A stretch of DNA of 35,112 bases. Origin: Octopus bimaculoides. Its lineage: Eukaryota. The notes beneath the pieces are model-generated. The model was given only the letters and a program-made list of their open reading frames with translations. It made no database searches and was not told the origin of the DNA. Position 1 is the first letter of the stretch; each line of letters begins with the position of its first letter. Location: assembly GCF_001194135.2 (NCBI RefSeq), contig NC_068988.1, positions 20,886,735 through 20,921,846 of the forward strand. The letters run 5' to 3'. The translations under genes were made by a program, and so were the position numbers. Shown piece by piece: positions 11,139-22,055 of the stretch.

Positions 11139-12832
11139 GTTTTTTTTTTCTTTTCTTTTCTTTTGTTTTTTTTGGTAATCACAGATCAGACTCATCCAGA
11201 AAAATGGTAGCACTGCCAATTTCTTAGCTAAAATAACTGAAGAAGGTGGCTCGCATAAGAAACGCAAGAGAACCAACAATTCCTATGTCAGTTTTCTTTA
11301 GAATGTTAGAAGAAGTGAAAACCTGCAACAGATTGAGACCTCCATGGAATGGTTTCATTGCAAAATTCAGACATTTGCTTCTTTCAAAACAAAAAAGTCT
11401 ACAGAAAAAAAAGAATAAATAAAGAATGCTAACATAAAAACCAAACCACAAAATTTAGATAAAGTGGTGCACTCTGTCTACTTATAATATTAAACATGTT
11501 TTCAATTCAATAAACTGTAGAATGTATAGATCCAAACGAATCAGGGGTTCCTGTCTAATGTCTAACATTGCTTGTAATCAGAGCCATTAGATCTTGTTTC
11601 CTGCCAACTATTTTGAAAAGAGAAAAAATATATAATTAAATAAATAAAATAAAAATTGATCTTTTCCTGAAGCGAAAGTAGATCAAGTTTAGAAAGTGAC
11701 ATCAGATATTAATTAAAGGTCGTCAGAGAAATTAACAACCAGCTCGATAACTTTTCATTGATTTAAGGCTTAATGGTTCATGAAGTCTGAGATGGTGATG
11801 GTTGGGTGGGTTCGTGGGCGATGGAGGGTGAGCAAAGATTGAAATACTCAACAACCAGCAACAAGAAAAATTTTTATCATCAACATCATAAATTTGCAAT
11901 GAAGATATTTATATGTACAGCACTAATTTTGCTTTTCTTTTTTCCTGTTTTACATCTATTTACTAAGCTAACAATAGTGAGATGAGCTTGTAAAAGTAGG
12001 GGTTTTAGACATTTGCATAATGTTGAGGTAATTGATTTTACAACTGGATGCCCTTCCTATTCCTGCCGTTAACCACTCAATGCAGGAGGAGTGGAACCTG
12101 TTGAAATCTAAGCAAACTGATGCAAGCAGTCATAAGCCACGCTCAGTAACAGCATTCAATGGTGTAGAAAGGTCTCACTTCATGATCAGAGGTTTACAAC
12201 TGTTATGCCTCACAGCACACAGGCATTAATGTATATACACCCGCCAACTACTAACAATCTAAACACACAACTACATCTAACATAATGCATACAGGCATGG
12301 TTGTGTGGTTAAGAAGTCTGTTTTACAATCATATGGTTCTAGGTTCAATCTCACTGTGCAGCACCTTGGGCAGGTGTCTTCTACTTGTCTCTGGTTGACC
12401 CAAACCTAGGGTAGACAGAAACTGTCTAGAACCTTACAGAGCAAACTGTTCTAGTTATTTTGGGTGGTAGAGTTAATCATCACCACTTGGCCCTTGAGAT
12501 ACCTTTAGTGGAGCCCACTCTATTGCAAGCCTTCAAACCAGGTCCCCAGTTTCAGGTTATCTAATGAGCCATTTTTTTTTTTCTCACTACCTTATTTCTG
12601 ACATCAGTTTTAGAGGCCCTGCAAAGGATCACAGATGCAGCCCTTCTTCATACCAAGCCATATTGAAAAAAAAAAATAAATAAATAAATAAAATTCAGTA
12701 TAGGTGCAGGCATAGAAACCAGTGTCCTATCCAGTGAGAGGTTTGTCTTCTATCTGCTCAACAGTATGAAAAAAGTAGAAACTAACACCAGACCATATAG
12801 ATCATAGTGATTTTGAAAGGATTAGTTTAGTA

Positions 12833-13063
12833 CAGTGGTCCCCAAACCCTTTATTTAAATGAGTTTTTCTATGGACCCCTTTTAATATGCTTACCCTTGT
12901 GTGTGTGTGTGTGTGTGTATGTGTGTGAANNNNNNNNNNNNNNNNNNNNNNNNNNNNNNNNNNNNNNNNNNNNNNNNNNNNNNNNNNNNNNNNNNNNNNN
13001 NNNNNNNNNNNNNNNNNNNNNNNNNNAGTACTACTTTTGCAGACCCCAGGCTGGGAACAACTG
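12833..13063. mobile_element. hAT (Charlie/Buster-type) MITE
   Basis: Termini cagtggtccccaaacc / ggctgggaacaactg. 8-bp TSD gtttagta (12825-12832) vs gcttagta (13064-13071), 7/8 with central TA. Interior partly (TG)n and a gap. Confidence 0.7.
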
Positions 13064-13679
13064 GCTTAGTAGATGCATATACAATTTGCCAAATTAATAA
13101 ATGCTTTTTCATGTCCATTTTCCTGTACTAGCAAGGGTTGAACGTATATATATTATTGAGCCCTTCCTGTTGCTAACCCTTACTAGTTTTTCAAATAAGA
13201 GGAATCTTATTCTGGATGTCTTAAAATGCCCAGAGCCAGCAGATGATCTGTTGACAAAAGAAATGACAAAACACCACCACTTCTACATAGCTCAGTGATT
13301 TTTTTTTTCAAAGAAGTGCAAGTATTATTACACAGATGTACATGCCCCACCCCAACACAAAGTGTCCATCAACCAAATTCACACAAAAGGGTTGGTCAGT
13401 CCGAGCAGTAGAACTGAACCTAAAAACCACATGGTTGTGTGAAGCAAACATCTTATAGTTACACACACACACATGGTTTAAGGTAACCTCACAATTACAT
13501 TACAGGTTTGTAATTCATGAAGTAAGATAAAAGTCAAAAACATATAAACACCATTTACAGTTTTCCTAGAGTGAGAATTATCACATGGGAAGAAAACTAG
13601 ACAATGTATATAGAAAATACTGAGAGAACATACCTAATAGGCTTTTCACAGGTAACACAAATTAAACAACTTTCATTTA

Positions 13680-13930
13680 AAGATTGTTTGCCAACATAAC
13701 ATGGCAGTCCTGGTTTAGGACAGATTATTCTGTGATGAAGGGAAATAACCCGGAAATCACAATACACAGATATTGTTTTGAGCTGAGTGGGGGTGCTAGA
13801 TTCCCTTGTTCAAAAATTTGAGAACACAGATCATGTTGTATAGCCAGCTGGAGACGATGCCTCCTGGGGCTAAATTACAGCAACATTCGTCCTAAACCAG
13901 GACTGCCATGTTATGTTGGCAAACAATCTT
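13680..13930. mobile_element. MITE with perfect long TIRs, TA-flanked (Tc1/mariner-type by TSD)
   Basis: 13678-13721 (taaagattgtttgccaacataacatggcagtcctggtttaggac) is the exact reverse complement of 13889-13932 (44 bp including terminal TA), with a 167-bp spacer. Confidence 0.85.
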
Positions 13931-14254
13931 TACTCCAAAGTACTGTTGCTGAATATCTCTCGTTATGAGATTTAAAAATAGTAATTTTCTAACTTTGATT
14001 TAGTTCTAGTAAAATAGTTATGAAAGAAACTAACTTTTTTTTCTGTTTAACTAGATACATTCTAGTGAAGAAGATAAAAAGAAAAGAAAATCCCTTATGA
14101 ACTAAATTTTAAAACTTTCTTTGAGAGATTAATAATTATTTCAGACAAAAATTAAGATCTTCAAAGAACAGAAAATGGAATTTTGTGATGCCCAGATACA
14201 ATTTCTCAGAAGCTTAATTATACTCTATTACCCATACAATCACTAACAGTAGGA

Positions 14255-14473
14255 ATTTCTTACTAATTTTGGTACAAGACTGGCAATTTTCAGGGGGAGG
14301 TAGCAAGTTGATTACAACAACCCCAGTACTTGGCTGGGGCTTAGTTTATCAACCCTGAAAAGATGGAAGGCTAAATTGACCTCTATGGGATTTGAACTCA
14401 GAATGTAAAGAGCTGGAAGAAATGTCACTAAGTATGTTGTCTGGGGTGATAATGATCTTGCCAGCTCACTGCC

Positions 14474-14475
<2 letters not shown>
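14255..14475 (-). mobile_element. SINE family C copy, diverged, followed by (AAT)n 14476-14532
   Basis: ccccagtacttggctggggcttagtttatcaaccctgaaaagatggaaggctaaattgacctc..atttgaactcagaatg..gccagctcactgcc. Confidence 0.8.
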
Positions 14476-14536
<61 letters not shown>

Positions 14537-16659
14537 CTACTGAACAATAATAATAATAAATTATTGTTGTTATTACTATTATTGTTGTTGTTACATATTA
14601 CTAATTATAACAGTATATATTACAAATCTTAATTGTAAAACATAGCAGAGAAAGAATGAAAGAGGAGAGGAAGCAAGAGTACCTAACAATTAACTCCAAA
14701 AACATATACAGTTTCATTAATCTAGACAAGTTTTGAGGTTAGTAAACTGATACGTGGAAAAAAAAAAAATCACAGTAACAAAAATAAAAAAAAATAAAAA
14801 AAGTTACTAATTTCATGCCGGAAATCATCTGAGTTTGGAGGAAAATGCATTCCGAGTTTGAAATTCAATTAATATTGCTGCCATAGTTGTGAGGGTGTGT
14901 CTTGCAGTGAGTCACTTAAACGATTGCAATTGATTTTCTTCTTCCTGGCTCTTCCTCTTCAGTCTTCCCTTTCATCGTTGGTTTCTTAATCTCAAATTCC
15001 TTTACATGTTCATCCACCCCTCCACCACCACCACCACCACCACTCACCGAGTGACTAAATAAATGTTATATATATATATAAAAGAAAAAAAACGAAAGCG
15101 AAAACAAAAGTGAAAAAAAAAAACACACACACATTCCAAACTCCAAACAAAGATTTCATGGTCGAAAATTTCCGCTAATGACCTCAGTAAATAAGGATTT
15201 CTCACACTGGCACAAGGCCACAAATTTTTAATGGAGAAACAAGTATCGTCCACTGAATCAATTCCAATGATGTAACAGGTTACTTATTTGGTAAACCTAG
15301 GAAGAATGAAAGACTAAGTTGGGTCCCAGTGCAAATTGAAACTAAAATGTGAAATAACATAAAAGTAAATATAGTATTTAATACACGATGTTTCATCCAG
15401 CACTGTTTGATCTATCTTCTCACTAACCCACCTGCCGTTTTTGCTACCCCACTCACTACCACTACCTTGCTATGCAACCTAAGTAATAAGTGTATAATAA
15501 TTTGAGAAATTATGGTGTTGTCTATGGTTGGAGGAAAGCCATCAATATATAACTAATTTGTTGCTGTTTAGCTCCAGGTTAACCCTGTCAGAGCAATCTT
15601 TACGATCAATGGTAACCACCCTCGTTTCAGACAGTGTATCTAGGACTATATAACCAAACATGTGCTTGTACACACATACACACACACACACACACACATA
15701 TACATATGCATATGTAGGTGTTTGCATGCATAAACATTAAGATGTTCAGTGCAGTAGTTCTTAACCTTTTTATGATTTCAGACCCCCACATGATTACTCA
15801 GTAGATCTCCATACCCCCCAATTTGCCAGACTGTCAAAATCATTACCGCCAGTCCCATTAGGTGCCAGTATGACTTCAAAATATGCCAATAGCTTGGTTT
15901 TACTTTATGGATAACCAGGAACTGAACAGGAAAAAAAAAAAGGGGATTTTGTCATATTTATTTATAGAAAAACGGTAAATGACATACACAAACTAGCTGC
16001 AATTATTTTACAACATACCTTTGATTCAGCTGTTTCAGATTATAAATCAGTACTTTTATTACTTACAGTTGAGTTACATAAAAAATAAACAGTTAAAATG
16101 TACTTCTTTTTTTTTTTTTTGGTTTTTTTTTTTTTGCATATCTTTACTATATTATAACTTTCATTCTTATTGATCGAGAAAGAGTTTTGCTACTGCTTCT
16201 GTGTGATCAAAACATGGAATCAAGGTAGAGTTATTGACAAAGTTACTCACATGTCATCTGACACATGTAGTCAATTTCCCTACTTTGATTTCAAGTTCAA
16301 TAATGCAGAGAATTCTGTTACATAGAGATACAAGGGTGTGTACAAAAAGAAAAAGTTAAAAAAATTGTATGACCTCATTAACCTTCCAGCAAAGCTTCTA
16401 CCATATTTTCAGGCATACAACACAAATTTTTCAGACCAAAATTTACATCTAAAAAAGGTAGGTTGACCTTATACATCAAGACACCTTGACAACTTTAGAC
16501 AAACAAAAATTCCATGTGAAATGCTGAAGGACTTGGTAAGATAGTGACGAATGTTTGAATATTTACATTATATAAGATGTATTGAAACCTCGCTTTATGA
16601 AACGTCTCATAAAGCAAGATTTCTATACATCTTAAATTTGTAGAAGAATTTGTTGTGGG

Positions 16660-16738
16660 GGTGGTTTAGCTTAATGGTTTAGAGCACCACGACCTGTAAT
16701 CACGGAGGTGTGAGTTCGAGTCTCATAGCCGGCCGCCA
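16660..16738 (+). pseudogene. tRNA-like sequence (Thr-TGT-like loop); degenerate tRNA copy or orphan SINE head
   Basis: D arm gctt/gagc and T arm gtgag-ttcgagt-ctcat are formable. Loop is cctgtaa, the anticodon stem has two mismatches, and the sequence ends in gCCA. Confidence 0.5.
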
Positions 16739-16752
16739 ACACTTTACACTAT

Positions 16753-17141
16753 GTTGTTGTTGGCACTCCGTCGCTTACGACATCGAGGGTTCCAGTTGAT
16801 CCGATCAACGGAACAGCCTGCTCGTGAAATTAACATGCAAGTGGCTGAGCATTCCACAGACACGTGTACCCTTAACGTAATTCTCGGGGATATTCAGTAT
16901 GACACAGTGTGACAAGGCTGGCTCTTCGAAATACAAGTACAACAGAAGCAGGAAGTAAGAGTGAGAGAAAGTTGTGGTGAAAGAGTACAGCAGAGTTCGC
17001 CACCATCCTCTGCTGGAGCCTCGTGGAGCTTTAGGTGTTTTCGCTCAATAAACACTCACAACGCCCGGTCTGGGAATTGAAACCGCGATCCTATGACTGC
17101 GAGTCCGCTACCCTAACCACTGGGCCATTGCGCCTCCACTT
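16753..17141 (-). mobile_element. SINE family A copy 4 (full length, reverse)
   Basis: Reverse complement of family A. 12-bp TSD actttacactat at 16741-16752 and 17142-17153. Confidence 0.96.
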
Positions 17142-17289
17142 ACTTTACACTATATAGAACACTGACTTGTATGCTAAAAAAATATGTTATCTGCTAACAC
17201 TAGAACTATTTGAAACCCAGTCCAGTGTTTTGGAATTAGTTATCTTTCTTGTGGCTTCTTAGGGTATTGAAATTATACTTTGCTGAGTT

Positions 17290-18010
17290 ATTGTAACTCA
17301 CCATAGATATATGAAATGAGAAAGAATTCTAGATCCAAAGAAATTTCAATTTAAAGTTATCAATATCTGAGAAGTAACCCTCAAGATGAGGACTTCCAAA
17401 TAGTTCTTTAACTCCAAGTATTTCCACAGGAAATGTTTTACCATTTCCATTAAGGATATCAGCAAGGATTGAAAAACTCACTAGATTTCCACCTTCAACA
17501 TGGTGACACTAAATTGCTAATTTCCTTGTAAATGCCACAGGCTCCTCTTGGTTTGAGTAATGTTCACATCATTTTTCAGCATTTGACATATTCAAATCAT
17601 CGAGAAAAATGGAAATATCAGGTCAAATATCTCTGGCTAACAATAAAATATTTGTCTTCAAAATTGTTTGTAAGAAGGAGGCTGTTAATGCTTAAGGAAT
17701 TAGAGAATTCTGTCATGAAGTTCAATCACAATTTAACCAATGTATCTCTCCATGGTACATTAAAGCAATGTTTCTCTACAATCTTTTCATCATATAAGTT
17801 TTGAAATAGCTGATGATTCAATGCATGTTCATAAATAATATTAACAGTTCACACAACTATTTTCCTCATTTCATTAAGTTTCTTCGGCAGTATTTAGATT
17901 GCAAGAATTTGGTAAGGCAGAAAACAGTGTGTGTTTAAATCTCCAGGTCCCAGCATTGCATGATACCAGTAAACAAGTGTCAGCATCAAACAAGTAATGT
18001 ACTTCATTTC
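17290..18010 (-). pseudogene. Decayed hAT (Buster/Charlie, ZBED5/GTF2IRD2-like) transposase fragment
   Basis: Manual minus-strand translation across stops and frameshifts: HAMLG..THCFLPYQILAI*ILPKKLNEMRKIVV*TVNIIYEHALNHQLFQNL..YHGEIHWL..AFTRKLAI*CHHVEGGNLVSF..EGYFSD..WI*NSFSF. The motifs match the Buster-type CxxH, YHTEVRWL, AFxxKLxLW and WIRNPF motifs in the correct order. Confidence 0.8.
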
Positions 18011-18155
18011 CAATCTTCTGTGAAAATATGTCTGGCCATGGGGATCCTTACTTGAAAACAGGTGATGGTTGGCAACAGGAAGGGTATCCAGTTGTGAAAA
18101 GTCTGCTTCAATGAATCCTGTCCGGGTCATATAAATAAGGTAAAGTGGACTTTAA

Positions 18156-18369
18156 CCCATTAACATTTACACCTGCCATACCTGGCCCAAATATTCTACT
18201 TCTTTTGTGTTCAAACTATCCAGATCCAGCTTATCACACCTATACTACAATAGCATTTTGAAAATAAACAATGACATCATTGAAACCATGAAGCTACAAA
18301 ATAATGCAGGAGTAATTCAAAACAATGTGAATATTTAAGCATTACATTTGATAGAGTAATCTGAATGGG
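18156..18369. mobile_element. piggyBac-type MITE, reverse homolog of 27121-27340
   Basis: TTAA at 18152-18155 then cccattaacattt. The body is the reverse complement of the 27121 copy. Right end degenerate (gggttga). Confidence 0.7.
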
Positions 18370-18390
18370 TTGAAACAATATATATACATA

Positions 18391-19600
18391 TTAGACTGTC
18401 TGGAAAGTTCTGAGCATTTTTTAATATGCAAAAAGGGATATAAAATTTTATTCAGTGAAATAATTTCCATTATTGTTCATGACTTTTGCCCATCCATCAG
18501 GTAATTTAAATATTCCATTAACATAAAATTTCACTGGTTTTGAAGAAAAAAAGTTATCTAGATGCATTTTGACTCCATCTAAATTGTTAGATGTTTTCCC
18601 TTACTATGAGTTCTATAGAGACAAAAACAAGTGGTAGTGAGATGGCGCACTATCAGGAGAATATGGTGGATGGGGTAAGAGATCCTAGCCAAGTTCATGC
18701 AACTTTGTTCAGGTAGCCAAAGACACATGTGGTCGAGCAATGTCTTGTTGAAACACTACCCCTTTCCTGTTGGCAATCTCCAGCTTCAATTCTTTGATTT
18801 TTTTGTTCAAATTAGCCAGATGACAACAGCACACATCAGAATTAATGGTCGGGCTTTGTGAGAGAAACTCATAATAAATAATGCCTTTCTGATCCCGCCA
18901 AATACAAAGCATAGCTTTTTTGGCATGGACATTCGTCTTTGGTTGCTGTTTTGGGAGATCCTACGCAAACTCCAGGATCTTTTTCCCACTATGTTTTCAT
19001 ACATAATCCATTTTTTATCTCCAGTTTCAAAACAGGTATGCTTTCATTGTTTCAAAAGCATATCACAAACGGAATACTGGTCCAAGAATTTCTTTTCTGA
19101 GAGTTTGTGAGGGACCCATACATTACAACAACAAATGTATCCTAGCTTCACTAGGTGTTCATGAAACTTGAGTTGAGATATTGGAGTTTTCTTCAATTTT
19201 TGCCATCAAAACAGCTTCATCCACTTTTGAAGGCCTTCCACTGCGACTGCCATCTTCCAAACCAAATTCTCCAGCTTCAAATTTTGCAAACCATCTTCGA
19301 ACAGCTGATTCACTTTCAGCATAATCATAAACTTCATAAATGTCTTTGCAAGTCTTTGCAGCATTTTCTCCTTTTTTTAAAAAGGAAAGGCATTCCAACA
19401 CGAATATGAAATTTTTGGTTATCCATTTCAAATGGCAATAAAGGGTAACCGGAATGAAAGATTTTTTATCAGGAACAAAGAAGAGATGCACTACCACTTC
19501 AAGCAACACCAAAGTTTAACCTTTGCTATGTTTCAGGTGTGTTCAATGAAGCGCTAAAAGATTTAGTTTAAAAACGCTCAGAACTTTCTGGACAACCTAA
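18391..19600 (-). mobile_element. Mariner DNA transposon (~1.2 kb), both TIRs retained
   Basis: Left ttagactgtctggaaagttctgagcattttt (18391-18421) versus the reverse complement of the right end ttaggttgtccagaaagttctgagcgttttt (to 19600): 26/31 match. TA precedes the left end. Confidence 0.95.
18448..19426 (-). pseudogene. Mariner DD34D transposase pseudogene, mellifera-subfamily-like
   Basis: MDNQKFHIR..HTH..RSGRP, WVPHKL (19118-19101), TGDKKW, ANRKGVVFQQDIARPH, HPPYSPDSAPSHYHLF, KLPDGWAKVMNNNGNYFTE*. Several stops and frameshifts, and the third catalytic D is replaced by H. Confidence 0.95.
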
Positions 19601-19648
19601 TGTGTGTGTGTGTGTGTTTGTGTGTGTACATACACACACAAAGTTTCT

Positions 19649-19882
19649 TATTTCTTTATTGCCCACAAGGGGCTAAACATAGAGGGAACAAACAAGGACA
19701 GACAAACAGATTAAGTCGATTACATCGACCCCACTGCGTAACTGGTACTTAATTCATCGACCCCTGAAAGGATGAAAGGCAAAGTCAACCTCGGCGGAAT
19801 TTGAACTCAGATCGTAACGGCAGACAAAATACTGCTAAGCATTTTGCTTGGTGTGCTAATGTTTCTGCCAGCTCGCCGCCTT
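19649..19882 (-). mobile_element. SINE family C copy, young, nested in a decayed family-B head
   Basis: Near full-length match to 28153-28369. Flanked by agtttct (19642-19648 and 19883-19889). The right flank continues as gtttctgtctaccaaa..cagtgggactaaaccc (family B). Confidence 0.92.
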
Positions 19883-20169
19883 AGTTTCTGTCTACCAAAG
19901 TTTCTGGTAAACAGAAACTTTAATCTGTGGCTATAGCAGAAAAGGTGCTACACAGTGGGACTAAACCCAAAACTCCTGGCCGAGAAGCAGTGTATGCGTG
20001 TAAATACACATACACATTATGTAAATGTATTTATATATTACATGCGTGCATATACATATACTGCATGTTTGTGTATTTATATATCTGTGAGTGCATGTGT
20101 GTTTTGACGTACCATTTTTGTAAACAAAAGGCTCATTCCAGTGTCATCTGTTTCCAATTCTCCTCATAA

Positions 20170-20347
20170 GCATGTCTGGAATGTTTGTGGCTTGGTATAC
20201 TGGGAAATTATTACCTTGCTTGGATGCAGAGAGGCTGGTGACAAAAAAAGGGCGTCCAGTCATAGAAAACTCTGTCTCAACACTCTCGTTTGACCTGTGT
20301 AAGCATGGAATAGCAGACACGTCAATGACAACGGTGACGATGATGAT
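20170..20347 (+). mobile_element. Family D-related SINE variant
   Basis: ggctggtgacaaaaaaagggcgtccagtcatagaaaactctg..aagcatggaatagcagacac..gatgatgat. Related fragments at about 21745-21810 and 28810-28960. Confidence 0.65.
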
Positions 20348-20539
20348 CAACTGCAGGTGTTTTGTTGTGTTTCTGAGTAAAACACTTTAGCCATCAGAGC
20401 CGCAGTTTACACAGCTGTCAATAACAGGTATCAGATTACCTGAGAATATTATCTGACAGGTAAGTGACTTATCCAGGAAAAGATTTATCTCTCATCCTAT
20501 TCACATTGAGAAACCAGAGAGTTAAATATTTTCTCTTAA

Positions 20540-20781
20540 CCCTTTCATTACTATACTTTCATGAAATACAATGGCCTTTGTCTCAATTAATTTTGAAAAT
20601 AATGACAAATCTTCTAAATTAACTGTGTACTATTTACAAATATTTTGATTAGAAATATAATTTAGTATTTTGAAATATATGTTTGAAGTGTAAATTAATG
20701 TGAAACTTTGGCGGAAAAAATTCATTTCCATTCCTTTAAAATAGATAAGGGTGGTCTTAGATAGGTTGTCATTAAAAGAGG
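20540..20781. mobile_element. piggyBac-type MITE (same family as 8736-8959)
   Basis: TTAA at 20536-20539 followed by ccctttcattac. Right terminus decayed. Confidence 0.6.
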
Positions 20782-21339
20782 AAATAGCCCTTTAAGAATC
20801 AAAAGACAGTTTACATGCTGATACATGCAACAAATTTGGTTTCAAAACCTTCTAAAAATTGACAAGTTGAACCTTCAAATTCTTGAAGTGAAATAAATGT
20901 TAATTTCAAACCCATTGTTTATATATTTTTCACATACATGAAATGTTTGTGCATCAAGGTACCATCATTTGTGACTGATGTTTCAAAATCAATTTTATCA
21001 AATGGATGGAAAGGAGCAAAGGATTGTGATATTCATCCTTTCCCTAAGGCCTCTATCAATATATAAGTGAAGAGAACTATCTTCAACTGGGAAGTGAAAC
21101 ATCACCAACACAACTTTTCTAAGCTTGTGCAGGCCAGGTGAAATTTTTTGGGGCAGATTTTCTACTGCAAGATGCCCTTCCTATGGCCAGCCTTCACCTG
21201 TTTCCAAGCAAGGGTGCATTTTCCTATAACTAGGCATGTTTTGCATTGAAGACTAGATCTGAACAACCTTGCTTGTATGACGATACTCATTTACAACCAT
21301 GCTGTTGGGGACTTTTTTTTTTTTCTTTCTTTGGACGTT

Positions 21340-21730
21340 TCCCTTTCTGATGAAGATCTGTGCTCAAAACATCAAAAACTCACTCTTTTTACTTAGCATC
21401 AAGCTAATACATTCCATGTGAACATCCTCTTGATGTTTGGTATTGTTATTTTTAATGTTCGTTTAGTCAATTTGACTATATATCTTGTCATGAATTGCTC
21501 GAAATACGGAGTAGAAAAACAGCCGACAACTAATGAAGGGTCGTTCTTTATGTTGCTTGTCTTGTTTTCCATTTGTTCCTTTCGTTGTTCGCAAAAAAAT
21601 TCATATTCCATGTTTTCATATTACGTATTTCCTGTTGTTTTCATATTTCATGTTGTTTACGTTGTGTGACGTCCTGTACCCATATATGAATATGTTTATA
21701 CATATATATATGTATGTATATATGCATATA
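21340..21730 (+). repeat. Interspersed repeat family F (possibly a retroelement 3' end), homologous to 34560-34900
   Basis: Shared motif gtcat..gaaat..ggagta..aaac..acaact and ga.gtcctgtac ending in a TA-rich tail. The Penelope-like identity is recalled and unverified. Confidence 0.5.
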
Positions 21731-21999
21731 TACATATTGCAAACTACCTCACTTGGCAACAGGTGGAGGTTGGTGACAGGAAGGGCATCCAGTTGTAGAA
21801 AGTTTGCTACACATGTGTGTGTGTGTGTGCGCGTGTGTGTGATATTTAATAATAACAGCTTGACTTGGCTCCATGCAATTTAAGTTTCATGTGCTTGTAA
21901 ACTGAATCTAGCTCTTACGCCAATTCAAAGTGCTATTAAATAGGACATGTAACTCCTACTAAATGTGCTGAGTGCCGCTTTCTTTTGTTTGCCCATTCA

Positions 22000-22052
<53 letters not shown>
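22000..22052. repeat. (CA)n microsatellite
   Basis: Direct inspection. Confidence 0.95.

Positions 22053-22055
<3 letters not shown>

Noticed and set aside
16250-16315. Minus-strand AG..GTGAGT-bounded 64-nt segment
   Set aside because: Stops occur in all three frames. It could only be a UTR exon, and there is no further support.
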